Source: Candidatus Firestoneibacteriota bacterium (GTDB taxonomy: Bacteria; Oederibacteriota; D2-FULL-39-29; JBBTED01). From it: 64,000 nucleotides of DNA. Under the pieces are notes generated by a model. It saw only the letters and a list, made by a program, of their open reading frames with translations, was not told the DNA's origin and did no database searches. The position numbers were made by a program, and so were the translations under genes. Below are positions 29,066 through 38,600 of this stretch, piece by piece; within the stretch, counting starts at the first letter, position 1, and every line of letters begins with the position of its first letter. The stretch spans positions 1-64,000 of the forward strand of contig JBBTED010000018.1 of NCBI GenBank assembly GCA_038042445.1. The letters run 5' to 3'.

Positions 29066-30778
29066 ATGAAAAACACCAAGATTTATTATATTTTATTTTT
29101 TGTTCTTTTCGCTATTTTCTTTATATTTAATCTATTTAAATCACCTAAAGATATGATTGAGCCTTGCTATTTTGATACAGCAATTAGGGTTGTCGAATAT
29201 CAAATTTGCAATAACTTAAGTTTAGCAGAAATGGATAAAATATGGCGTTCGGTTTCTGGTTCTACTTCTATATATTCTATAGATGGACAATATGGTTTAT
29301 ATACAACGACTTTATATGGAGCACCACTTTATTCTCTAATCAGGTTTTATCTTCTAAAACTTCCATTTCATCCTATGATAACGTTTAATATTTTAAACTT
29401 AATTGTCGCAATTTTATTTTTCTATGCATCGTATTTATTAATAAAATTACTTTTTGATAATGATACAGCAATTAAAAGTTTGCTAATTTTGCTTTCGTTT
29501 TATGGGGTATATACTGTAACTAGATTTGCAGGCCGTGGTTATTTGGTTATAGGGTTAGCATTTATTCTTTTTGGGTGTTATTTTATATGGAAGTCTATGA
29601 TTTTAGAAAAACACCGTTATTTAATTTATGCTGGTATTTTTATGGGTCTTTCTTGGACAGCAGGTAATCTTATGTCGAGATTAACACCTGGGTTTTTATT
29701 GGTCGCATTGATATTTTATATCGCGAATTATTTTAAACAAAATAATTTTTCAGTTAAAAATTGTTCAAAGCTTTTATTAAATCTCTCAGTTTTTTCTATT
29801 TTTTTCGTTGTTACAAGTGTTGTTATAATAAAAATTATATCGTATAAATTCAATCTGGATTTTAATTCTCTACTGCTAAACAAGAAATTTAGAATAGATG
29901 TGGCAGTAATTCCAATGGATTATGGGGGTGTTAATGCATTGCCAAGATTATTGCGTAGATTACGTTTGCTAACAGGTTTTATTAACTATGGTGATTATAG
30001 AGATCATACCGAAGAATTTCTCTATGGATATGCACTAATACCCAATTTTTTTGTACCATTTTTATGTTTATCAATTTTTTATTTAAAGAAGAATTTTAAA
30101 CTTAAAAAATTTCAGTTTATTTATGTATTAATTTTTGCTGCATCGCTTTTTGTAATTATGTTTGTTACCCCACAATGGTCAATACGATATACCATTGTAT
30201 TTTTACCATTTTGGGCATTGCTTGTATTTTTGGGTATAAAATATTATTTTGAAGTTTTAGCAATTAAGATTAAAAATGAAATTTATAGAAAGATTGTATC
30301 AGGAATTATAATAATTGTTATAGCAATAATATACTTAAGCAAAATACATAATGTATTTTTTGGTGATTATGCTAAATCATGGAATAATTCTCAATTTTTT
30401 GCCGGTCATAGATTTGCTACAGATTCATTAGTCCCAATGCGTAAAAAATATAATAAAACCATTACTTTATATAATGATTTTATGTTTTCAGATCAATTGA
30501 TTGCATATCTTGATTTTAGTCCAGACCATAAGTACAAGTCAATATCTTCTTGTTTAGATTTAAAGGCAGAAGAATCAGAGTCATTGCCAAAACTTTTTGA
30601 AAAATACACAAAAGAATGCGGAAAAGTCTTTGTTATAATTTCAGATGGTTGGCATTATGGAAGACTTGTTTCAGCTTATCCAAATATAAAATTAGAATTA
30701 ATAAAAAAAATAAAATTACCAAAGCTAAGAAGTTTTCATGGAACAGGTTTAAAATTATATTGTGTTAATGGAATTTAA
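29066..30778 (+). CDS. Putative GT-C glycosyltransferase, paralog 4 of 4
   Basis: Collinear; shares VVEYQICNNLSLAE and NNFSVKNCSKLLLNLSVFS with paralog 3. Confidence 0.6.
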   Translation: MKNTKIYYILFFVLFAIFFIFNLFKSPKDMIEPCYFDTAIRVVEYQICNNLSLAEMDKIWRSVSGSTSIYSIDGQYGLYTTTLYGAPLYSLIRFYLLKLPFHPMITFNILNLIVAILFFYASYLLIKLLFDNDTAIKSLLILLSFYGVYTVTRFAGRGYLVIGLAFILFGCYFIWKSMILEKHRYLIYAGIFMGLSWTAGNLMSRLTPGFLLVALIFYIANYFKQNNFSVKNCSKLLLNLSVFSIFFVVTSVVIIKIISYKFNLDFNSLLLNKKFRIDVAVIPMDYGGVNALPRLLRRLRLLTGFINYGDYRDHTEEFLYGYALIPNFFVPFLCLSIFYLKKNFKLKKFQFIYVLIFAASLFVIMFVTPQWSIRYTIVFLPFWALLVFLGIKYYFEVLAIKIKNEIYRKIVSGIIIIVIAIIYLSKIHNVFFGDYAKSWNNSQFFAGHRFATDSLVPMRKKYNKTITLYNDFMFSDQLIAYLDFSPDHKYKSISSCLDLKAEESESLPKLFEKYTKECGKVFVIISDGWHYGRLVSAYPNIKLELIKKIKLPKLRSFHGTGLKLYCVNGI

Positions 30779-30869
30779 AGCTATTATGTTTGACGAAAAA
30801 TATAAACCATAGGCAAATAATTATAAATTCTCTTCTGTAGAATATACCTATATTTGCACAATAAATTTC

Positions 30870-30898
30870 TTGAATAAGCTTGGTTTTACTGATATAAT
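30870..30898 (+). promoter_or_regulatory. Putative sigma-70 promoter of the MNT-HEPN module
   Basis: TTGAAT-17 nt-TATAAT with TG extended -10. Confidence 0.55.
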
Positions 30899-30930
30899 TT
30901 CATATAGATTTTAAATGAGGCAAATCGGAT

Positions 30931-31248
30931 ATGAAAACAAAAGATTATGAAATAGCAAAACAGTTAAAAGAACAATTGTCCTTTATTGTGTCCATAATTG
31001 ATTTTAGGGTTTTTGGTTCAAGGGTTCGGGGTGATGAAAATAAATTCTCTGATATGGACATTTTTATAGAAGTTGAACAGATTAATAAACAACTGAAAAA
31101 AAAAATCAGAAATATAATATGGGAAGTAGGATTTGAAAATTCTGTTTATGTATCTCCTCTTATCTTTACCCGCTATGAGATTGAAGATTCTCCGTTAAGA
31201 GTTTCTCCTATAGTAAAAAATATTCATGAAGAAGGAGTTAAAATATGA
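30931..31248 (+). CDS. Minimal nucleotidyltransferase (MNT, antitoxin-type)
   Basis: FGSRVRGD...SDMDI motif, 105 aa, ends NI..EGVKI; overlaps the next ATG. Confidence 0.9.
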   Translation: MKTKDYEIAKQLKEQLSFIVSIIDFRVFGSRVRGDENKFSDMDIFIEVEQINKQLKKKIRNIIWEVGFENSVYVSPLIFTRYEIEDSPLRVSPIVKNIHEEGVKI

Positions 31249-31585
31249 CAGATAGAAACACACTTTTTTTCTATCGTTTTAAACAAGCAGAAGAGACTCT
31301 TTCAGATGCCAAAAAGATGCTGGAAAGTGGTTTAAGTCCCAGATCTATTACCAATCGTGCGTATTATTCTGTGTTTTATGCAATATTGGCTCTATTTTTG
31401 ATAGAGAATTTGTGAAGACAGGAAAGATTGATAAACATTATTCGGAAATACTTCATGATATTTTTGATGCAAGACTGGAAAGTGATTATAAGGAATGTAT
31501 TGAAATAACGATTGATGATGTGACAGAACATGTTAAACTTGCAGAGGAATTTCTAAAAATCATTAAAGAATTTACAGAAAAATAA
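31245..31585 (+). pseudogene. HEPN-domain (UPF0332-like) partner gene with frameshift and probable internal deletion
   Basis: Frame 1 reads MTDRNTLFFYRFKQAEETL...NRAYYSVFYAILALFL and stops at 31413-31415. A second frame from ~31400 reads DREFVKTGKIDKHYSEILHDIFDARLESDY...EFTEK* to 31585. Confidence 0.8.
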
Positions 31586-31649
31586 AATTGCCTAAAAAAG
31601 AAGTTTTCATGGGACTAGTTTAAAATTATATTGTATAAATGGAATTTAA
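31578..31649 (+). repeat. Degenerate fifth copy of the GT-C paralog 3' end (direct repeat)
   Basis: aaaaataaaattgcctaaaaaagaagttttcatgggactagtttaaaattatattgtataaatggaatttaa aligns with the last ~73 nt of all four paralogs, with a small deletion. Confidence 0.9.
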
Positions 31650-31659
31650 AAATTAATAT

Positions 31660-33165
31660 ATGAATTATTTTGATGTAGTATTATTTTCACCACCATCGCG
31701 TATGATTAATCACTACAGGCCTCCTGTGGGTTTATTGTATATTGGTGGATATTTGACACATAAGGGATTGAAAGTAAAAATTATTGATATTCCTTTAAAG
31801 GAACAGATAAGAACAAAAGAATTTTTTGATAATGTTGATAAAGTTATTGACGATGTGCATCAAAAAATGATTAGTGAATTTAAGCAGATAAAGACTAAAG
31901 TAGTAGGAATTTCTTGTTATACTCCTGAGTATTTTGAAGTTGTAAAATTGGCAAAAGACATAAAAAAGATAGATAATTCAGTAAAAATCATAGTTGGTGG
32001 AATTCACTCAACTTTTTACCCGCAGGATTTTTTTGATGAAGATACAGGTGTTGACATTTGTGTTCTTGGCGAAGGCGAATTAACAATGTATGACTTATGC
32101 CAACATATTCTAAATAATGACAAAAAAGATCTAAATGAAATTAATGGAATAGCATATTTTGATAGTAGTTCGCGGAAAGTTGTTTGTGCACCAAAAAGAA
32201 TTTTATCTGAAAATCTGGATGATATTTCATTTCCTGACTATAGTTTGATAGATATGGAATATTATACAAATGCAAATCCGTATGCAATAAGAGGTTGTTT
32301 TTTGAGATCAATGTATTTGTTGGCAACACGTGGATGTCCTTCGCAATGTACATTTTGTGTCGCAAAAAAATTACGGGAATTTACAAGTTCCAGCAGGGTT
32401 CGTAGTGCTAAAAGTTTAATAAGAGAACTTGTTGAATTGAAAGAAAAATATTCTATAGATTCCTTTTATTTTATAGATGATTTATTTACTATTAATAAAG
32501 ATAATGTTAAAGAATTTTGTAGTATGTTGAAAACCAATAAATTGAATTTGCTTTGGGGGTGTTCTTCAAAAGTTGTTACTCTTAATGAAGATGTGATAAA
32601 AGCTATGTCAGAATCAGGATGTGTTCAGATAGATTTTGGTGTTGAACGGGGTTCAGATAAAGCTCTGCGGTTACTAAAAAAAGGCCAAAATGTATCAATT
32701 ATAAAAAACATTTTTGGCTATTGTCATACTTATGGTATTAGAACTTTTGCAAATATGTTGACAAATCTTCCAGAGGAAACAGAGGAAGATCTTAATGATA
32801 TTCTTAAATTATTAGATGAAATAAATTCTGAGATAGTTAGTATAAATATATTTACTCCATATCCAGGTACAGAAATATATGATAATTCAAAATTCAAATA
32901 CAAAAAAGAAGAGTATGCTTATTTAACAAGGGATATTACCTGGCTTATTAAGACATATCCTGAAAGGTTTAGATATTCTTCTCATAATATTAATTTAGAA
33001 GAATGGGTTGTCCAACATAATAAACAATATAATAAAATTTTTCCAAATCTTAAATTTTATTTAAGTGGAAAGTATTTAAATGTTCTGTTAAAATCAAAAG
33101 AAAAGATGAATTACTTAAAGCAATTTAATTTGTTATTTAGGGAGTTTTTAAATCAAAAATTTTGA
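31660..33165 (+). CDS. Cobalamin-binding-domain radical SAM protein
   Basis: VVLFSPP, PP.GLLY, VGGIHST, GEGE, TRGCPSQCTFC, DDLF, PYPGT. Confidence 0.92.
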   Translation: MNYFDVVLFSPPSRMINHYRPPVGLLYIGGYLTHKGLKVKIIDIPLKEQIRTKEFFDNVDKVIDDVHQKMISEFKQIKTKVVGISCYTPEYFEVVKLAKDIKKIDNSVKIIVGGIHSTFYPQDFFDEDTGVDICVLGEGELTMYDLCQHILNNDKKDLNEINGIAYFDSSSRKVVCAPKRILSENLDDISFPDYSLIDMEYYTNANPYAIRGCFLRSMYLLATRGCPSQCTFCVAKKLREFTSSSRVRSAKSLIRELVELKEKYSIDSFYFIDDLFTINKDNVKEFCSMLKTNKLNLLWGCSSKVVTLNEDVIKAMSESGCVQIDFGVERGSDKALRLLKKGQNVSIIKNIFGYCHTYGIRTFANMLTNLPEETEEDLNDILKLLDEINSEIVSINIFTPYPGTEIYDNSKFKYKKEEYAYLTRDITWLIKTYPERFRYSSHNINLEEWVVQHNKQYNKIFPNLKFYLSGKYLNVLLKSKEKMNYLKQFNLLFREFLNQKF

Positions 33166-33170
33166 ACATT

Positions 33171-34037
33171 ATGCTTTGTAAATTATGTAGTGGTGATGCC
33201 CAAAAAATATTTGATGCTAATAATATTCATGGGCGACATATATTTTCTGTAGATGAAAAATTTGAAGTTTATAGATGCAATAAGTGTAATGTGGTTTTTA
33301 TAGCTAATGTTCTTATTGATTCAGCATACTACGGAAAATATTATCCTAAAAATTATTATAATGAACTATATGGTAAGGTGTTACAATATATAATAGAACA
33401 AATAGGTAATGTAGCAATAAGATCCAGAGAAAAACAAATTTTAAGCAATTTAAGTTTGAATGATGGAGTAAAAGCTAAAATTTTAGATGTAGGTTGTGGT
33501 AGTGGAGGGTTTTTAAGTGGTATAAGTGACAACAATTTTGAAAAATATGGAATAGAAATCAATCCTGAAGGTTATAAAATATGTAAGGATAAAGGTATAA
33601 AGGTATACAATCAAGATATTAAAAATATAAGTTTTGGAGATAAATTTTTTGATGTTATTACTTTATGGCATGTGATTGAACATATTGCTACGCCTTATGA
33701 AATAATATCAGAAATAAAAAGAATATTAAAAGATGATGGAGTATTGGTGATTACTATGCCTAATACTGACAGTTTTGGGTTTAAATACGGGCAAAAATTT
33801 TGGTTTCATTTAGATGCTCCAAGGCATTTAATTTTGTATAATATGAAAAGTTTGACTCAGCTTATGAGCAAAGCAGGGTTTAGTATTTTAAAAAAGAAGA
33901 ATATGTTTTTTGAATTTCCTCTTGATTTGTTTTGGTCAATAAGGAAGTCTTGGGTAAGATATTTTATTTATCCATTTTATCCTATGTTTAAAATCTTATC
34001 AGAAGAAACAATATTATTGGTTTGTAAAAAACAATAA
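33171..34037 (+). CDS. Class I SAM-dependent methyltransferase with N-terminal Zn ribbon
   Basis: CKLC...CNKC, ILDVGCGSG, FDVITLWHVIEH, LDAPRHL; alternative TTG start at 33162. Confidence 0.9.
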   Translation: MLCKLCSGDAQKIFDANNIHGRHIFSVDEKFEVYRCNKCNVVFIANVLIDSAYYGKYYPKNYYNELYGKVLQYIIEQIGNVAIRSREKQILSNLSLNDGVKAKILDVGCGSGGFLSGISDNNFEKYGIEINPEGYKICKDKGIKVYNQDIKNISFGDKFFDVITLWHVIEHIATPYEIISEIKRILKDDGVLVITMPNTDSFGFKYGQKFWFHLDAPRHLILYNMKSLTQLMSKAGFSILKKKNMFFEFPLDLFWSIRKSWVRYFIYPFYPMFKILSEETILLVCKKQ

Positions 34038-34055
34038 ATGGAGATATAATATTAT

Positions 34056-35639
34056 ATGGATATACTTTTAATTAATCCTTATTATAGTCAACGCAAAGAA
34101 TATCATTCCTTTATTGTTCCTGCTCCACCATTAGCCCTTTTATATCTTACAGGTTATTTAAGGAAATATAATGTGGATTGTAAAATATGTGAATTTGGAG
34201 TTTTTGATCCAAGCGATGCAATTAATATTGGAGAAAGAGTTAGGTTTGGAATTTCAGATGAAGAGATTAAAAAAATCATTAAAAAAGAAAATCCTAAAAT
34301 AGTCGGCATAACAAGTATGTATTCTATATATTATGCTGATGTAGTTGATATTGCAAAAACTATAAAGAAAATTAACAATGATATTAAGATTGTGCTTGGT
34401 GGTAATCATGCTTCTTCGTATTATCCATATATTTTAAAAAATCAAAATATTGATATAGTAGTTATTGGTGAAGGCGAAAGAGCATTTTTAGATTTATGTA
34501 ATGTTTTGCTCAATAATGGTGCATTAAAAAATATTAAAGGTATAGCCTATAAAGAGAATGGTAATATAATAAAAAATGAACCAGCTGAAGTATTTTCAAA
34601 TTTAGATGAAATACCATTTCCTGCAAGAGATAGTATAGATTTTAAAAAATACATTCCACCTAGACATATGGTTCCATATTTGATGCGTTATCCAGCAGCA
34701 ACTATTATTACAAGTAGAGGATGTCCAGGTAAATGTGTTTATTGTACAGTTAAAGCAGTATGGGGAAGAACTTGGCGAGGAAGAGGTGCTAAAAATGTTG
34801 TTGATGAGATTGAAATGCTTGTCCATGATTATGGTATAAAAGAAATTGTTGTTTTAGATGATAGTGCTAGTATTAATAAGCAAAGATGGAGTGATATATG
34901 TGATGAAATTATTAATAGGAAAATAGATATAAAATGGAGCACACCTAATGGTATAGCACATTGGACTCTTGATAAAAATATACTTGATAAGATGAAAAAA
35001 GCCGGGTGTTATAGGGTTACTTTTGGCATAGAATCAGGTAATGCAGAAACTAGAAAATTTTTGGGTAAGCCGTATAGTCTTCAGCAGGCAAAAGAGATGT
35101 TAAAATATGCCAATAAAATTGGAATGTGGACAATTTGCACCAATATTTTAGGGTTTCCTTATGAAAAAGAAGATTCAATTCGCGACACAATTAATTTTGC
35201 AAAAAAATGCGGGACAGATTTTGCGACATTTTACCTTTTAATTCCACAGCCTACATCTGATGTATACGGTTATTTTAAAAAAGAAAATCTCTTAAATCTT
35301 GATGCTTTTTTTGAAAATGAAAATCCAGATTGGTATGAATTTGAAAAAATTAACTATATTTTGAGTGAAACAGGGACAGATACAATGTTTTTTAAAAAAG
35401 AAGAACTTAGAAGGTTGCAAAAAAATGCTTATCGCTCTTTTATAATATACAGATTTCTATCTTATGCTTTTGTTCCATGGAAAATATTGCATAAATTAAA
35501 TAGCTGGGAGGATTTTCTTTATTGCATGAAATTATTTAAAAATGGAGCATTAATTTTGTTTAGGCTATTAAATCCATTTAAAATAGGAACTGTGCATTTT
35601 TTATACAAAAAAGGCCACGTAAAAAAAGATACCAAATAA
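34056..35639 (+). CDS. Cobalamin-binding-domain radical SAM protein
   Basis: ILLINP, PPLALLYL, LGGNHAS, GEGE, SRGCPGKCVYC, GIESG, GFP.E. Confidence 0.92.
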   Translation: MDILLINPYYSQRKEYHSFIVPAPPLALLYLTGYLRKYNVDCKICEFGVFDPSDAINIGERVRFGISDEEIKKIIKKENPKIVGITSMYSIYYADVVDIAKTIKKINNDIKIVLGGNHASSYYPYILKNQNIDIVVIGEGERAFLDLCNVLLNNGALKNIKGIAYKENGNIIKNEPAEVFSNLDEIPFPARDSIDFKKYIPPRHMVPYLMRYPAATIITSRGCPGKCVYCTVKAVWGRTWRGRGAKNVVDEIEMLVHDYGIKEIVVLDDSASINKQRWSDICDEIINRKIDIKWSTPNGIAHWTLDKNILDKMKKAGCYRVTFGIESGNAETRKFLGKPYSLQQAKEMLKYANKIGMWTICTNILGFPYEKEDSIRDTINFAKKCGTDFATFYLLIPQPTSDVYGYFKKENLLNLDAFFENENPDWYEFEKINYILSETGTDTMFFKKEELRRLQKNAYRSFIIYRFLSYAFVPWKILHKLNSWEDFLYCMKLFKNGALILFRLLNPFKIGTVHFLYKKGHVKKDTK

Positions 35640-35652
35640 TTTAATTTAAAAT

Positions 35653-38600
35653 ATGAAAAATTTGCTTAAAAAAATAAATAGTTATTTTTTTTGTGCATTT
35701 ATTTTTGCAATTTTACTTGCAGCTGTATTATTACCGTATTATTCTAATGGTAATATTATTTTAGGTGGTGAAGGAAATTATGTTTTAGATTTTAATGTGC
35801 TTCTTGGAAAATTAAATTATACCTGGCAAAATTGGGGTGTAGGTTTTCCAGCTACCAGTTCAAATTATAATTATTTTATTGTATTCTTTTTTGCATTTCT
35901 TCAAAAAATAATTCCAGATATTCAAGTTGTAAATTTCATTTTTATATTTATTTTGTATTTTTTGCCATTTTTTTCCGCTTTGTTGGTTTGTCGAGTTTTA
36001 AATTTAAAACCATTCTTGTCATTTTTAATTTCGTATTTCTATGTTGTTAATCCTTTTTCGTTATACTACTTAGGAACATGGGTAAATCATTGGAATTCCT
36101 TAGTTTTGTTTATTATACCACTATATTTCTTTATTATATTTAAATATTATGAAAAAAACAAATTGCTATTTTTATTTTTTGGATTGAATTCTGCGCTTTG
36201 TGCTTTTACAAATGCAAATCCTCCATTGATGGTAGTAAATCAAATTTCTATTATTATATCACTTGTTTTTACTGGTATTTATAAAGACCCGAATTTTTCA
36301 TTTAATAAGTTTGCAAAAAAATATTTTGTTGTTTTAACGTCATTTTTTCTTTTTAATATTTGGTGGATTTTGAACTGGATGAGTGTAATGGTCGATATCC
36401 CACAGATGTATTCTACAGGATTTGCATTAGGATGGGCTGATTCGTTTAAAATTTTTCCTAACCTAATATGGAGAAATTTTACATTTACATCTTTATTCCC
36501 TATTAATTTTTCTGTAGATTTTGTCATAAATTTATACAGTTCTAACTTTAGTTTTTTAATAGTAACAATCCCTATTATAATTGTTATATATTTTGTTATG
36601 AAATATAAATCATATTCTCCAGTTGTTAAATTTCTTCTTGTTTGTATACTTATTACACTATTTTTAATGAAGGGTATATTGCCACCATTTGGATTTATAT
36701 ATAAGTTTATGATTATATATATCCCATTTTTTAGTGTTTTTAAAACTCCAATAGAAAAATGGGGAGTTCTATATCTTTTTCTTTTTATTTTGTTGTTCAT
36801 AATTCTTTTGAAAGATAATGATAAGAAAAAGGAATATAAATTTTTGTTAGGATTATTTTTGTTTTATCTGTCCTATGTGAGTTTTCCTTTTGTAACAAGT
36901 AAATTTATTTCAGACTATAAAATGTTTGATGGTAACATTGCGACACGTAAATATATTGATAAAAAAGAATATAAAGATTTGAGGAAAAACCTTAGTAATG
37001 ATCCAGTTGATTATAGAGTATTTAGTCTCCCTGGAAGTTTAAATTATCAGATAGCACTTACAATGCCCAACGACAAATTTTATACAGGAATGGATCCTGT
37101 TTTAAATAGTATAAACAGACAGTTTATTGCTCAATACAGTAATACTTTAATAAATAACTTTGATGTATTGTACGATAATATTTCAAGTGAAAAATTTTCT
37201 CGTTTATTAGCATTATATAATATTGGTGCAATTGTTTTAAATAGAGATATACTTCCTTGGTTTGGTTTTAAAGAAAAAGAAGAAATGCAGGATTTGGAAA
37301 ATATATTTAATAATGAAAAAATATATAAAAAAGAGCAATTAATTCCAGGAACAGTTTCTTTGTATAAATTACAAAATGAGCATTTTTTGCCTCATATATA
37401 TTCTTCTGCATCGATTGTGCCAATTGTAGGAAAAAATCGTTCTTTGTCATCATTAACTTATACTACTTATCTTGATAGCTATCCTGCAATTGCTTTTACA
37501 TCTCAAGTCTTAGAAAAAGGTAATTTTGAAAAAATCATTAAAGATAATATATTGTTTGTAAATTCACAACTTTCGGATTTAGCACTTGATTTTGTCGATA
37601 AAAATAAATCTTTGCAATTATTGTTGGATGAACAAGGGCAAGCTGAGTTTAAAATAAAACAAAGCGCTATTTATGAAGTATTGGTACAATTTAAAAGTTC
37701 GGTTTCAGATAAAAATGATAAAACATTAATTTTAATAGTTGATAATAATATATTGCCATTACCTGGTAATTGTTTCCAAAATCAGCAATGGATAAGATTT
37801 GAAAGTGTTTCTCTAAATAAAGGAAAACATAGGATCAGAGTATTTTTCAGAAATGACAGAGGAAAAATCGAAAGCATTAAAATAGTTCCCCAAAAAATGA
37901 TGCAACAAATATTGAATGAAACTGATGTATCTTTTAAAAATAATGAGATCCAAACGACCTATTTATTTTATAAAGATGAAACATATTTTCAGGAGCAAAA
38001 TGATAAATATAGATGGAATATTTTAAAACCCAGTAATTATAAAATAAAAATGATACTTTCTCCTAAGGCAGAGTTTATTAAACAAAAAGATACTGAAAAA
38101 GATACATTTTGGCATCTTACAGATTTTAATGAAAATATTTTGAATGCTGATATGCAAAAGCATAAAAGCATTGGAACGAATAGTTCTAATGTGTTTTCTG
38201 AAAATGATGAAAATATACCATTATCTGTAAATCTTGATTGGAATCATAATAATGAGAAGTCTGAAAAAATAATACAGAAATCTTTTAAAAATTTAAAACT
38301 AAACAATTTGCCGTATTTTTCTATGATTTTCAAAAAGGATGATTCAGTAAAAGATGTTGCAATTAAATTTTTTGTAAGTAAATATAAAAATGGATTTTTA
38401 AAGAAAAGTTTTACTTTGGAAAATCAGTATTCGAATCATTTTTTTATATCTTCTACTCAAACTTTTATTGCTGATATTTACAAAGAAGCAGTAAAAGTAT
38501 TGAGATTGCCTGTAGATGCAGACTGTTTTTTGATGAAAATAGAGATTAGCGTAATTCGAGTTAAAAAGGGGGAATATAAGATATTGAGTCCTCACAAGTT

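Noticed and set aside
23911..31649. Integron cassette array or diversity-generating retroelement
   Set aside because: No integrase or reverse transcriptase is in the window. The shared ends are coding and lack attC-like structure, and differences are mostly synonymous rather than adenine-specific.
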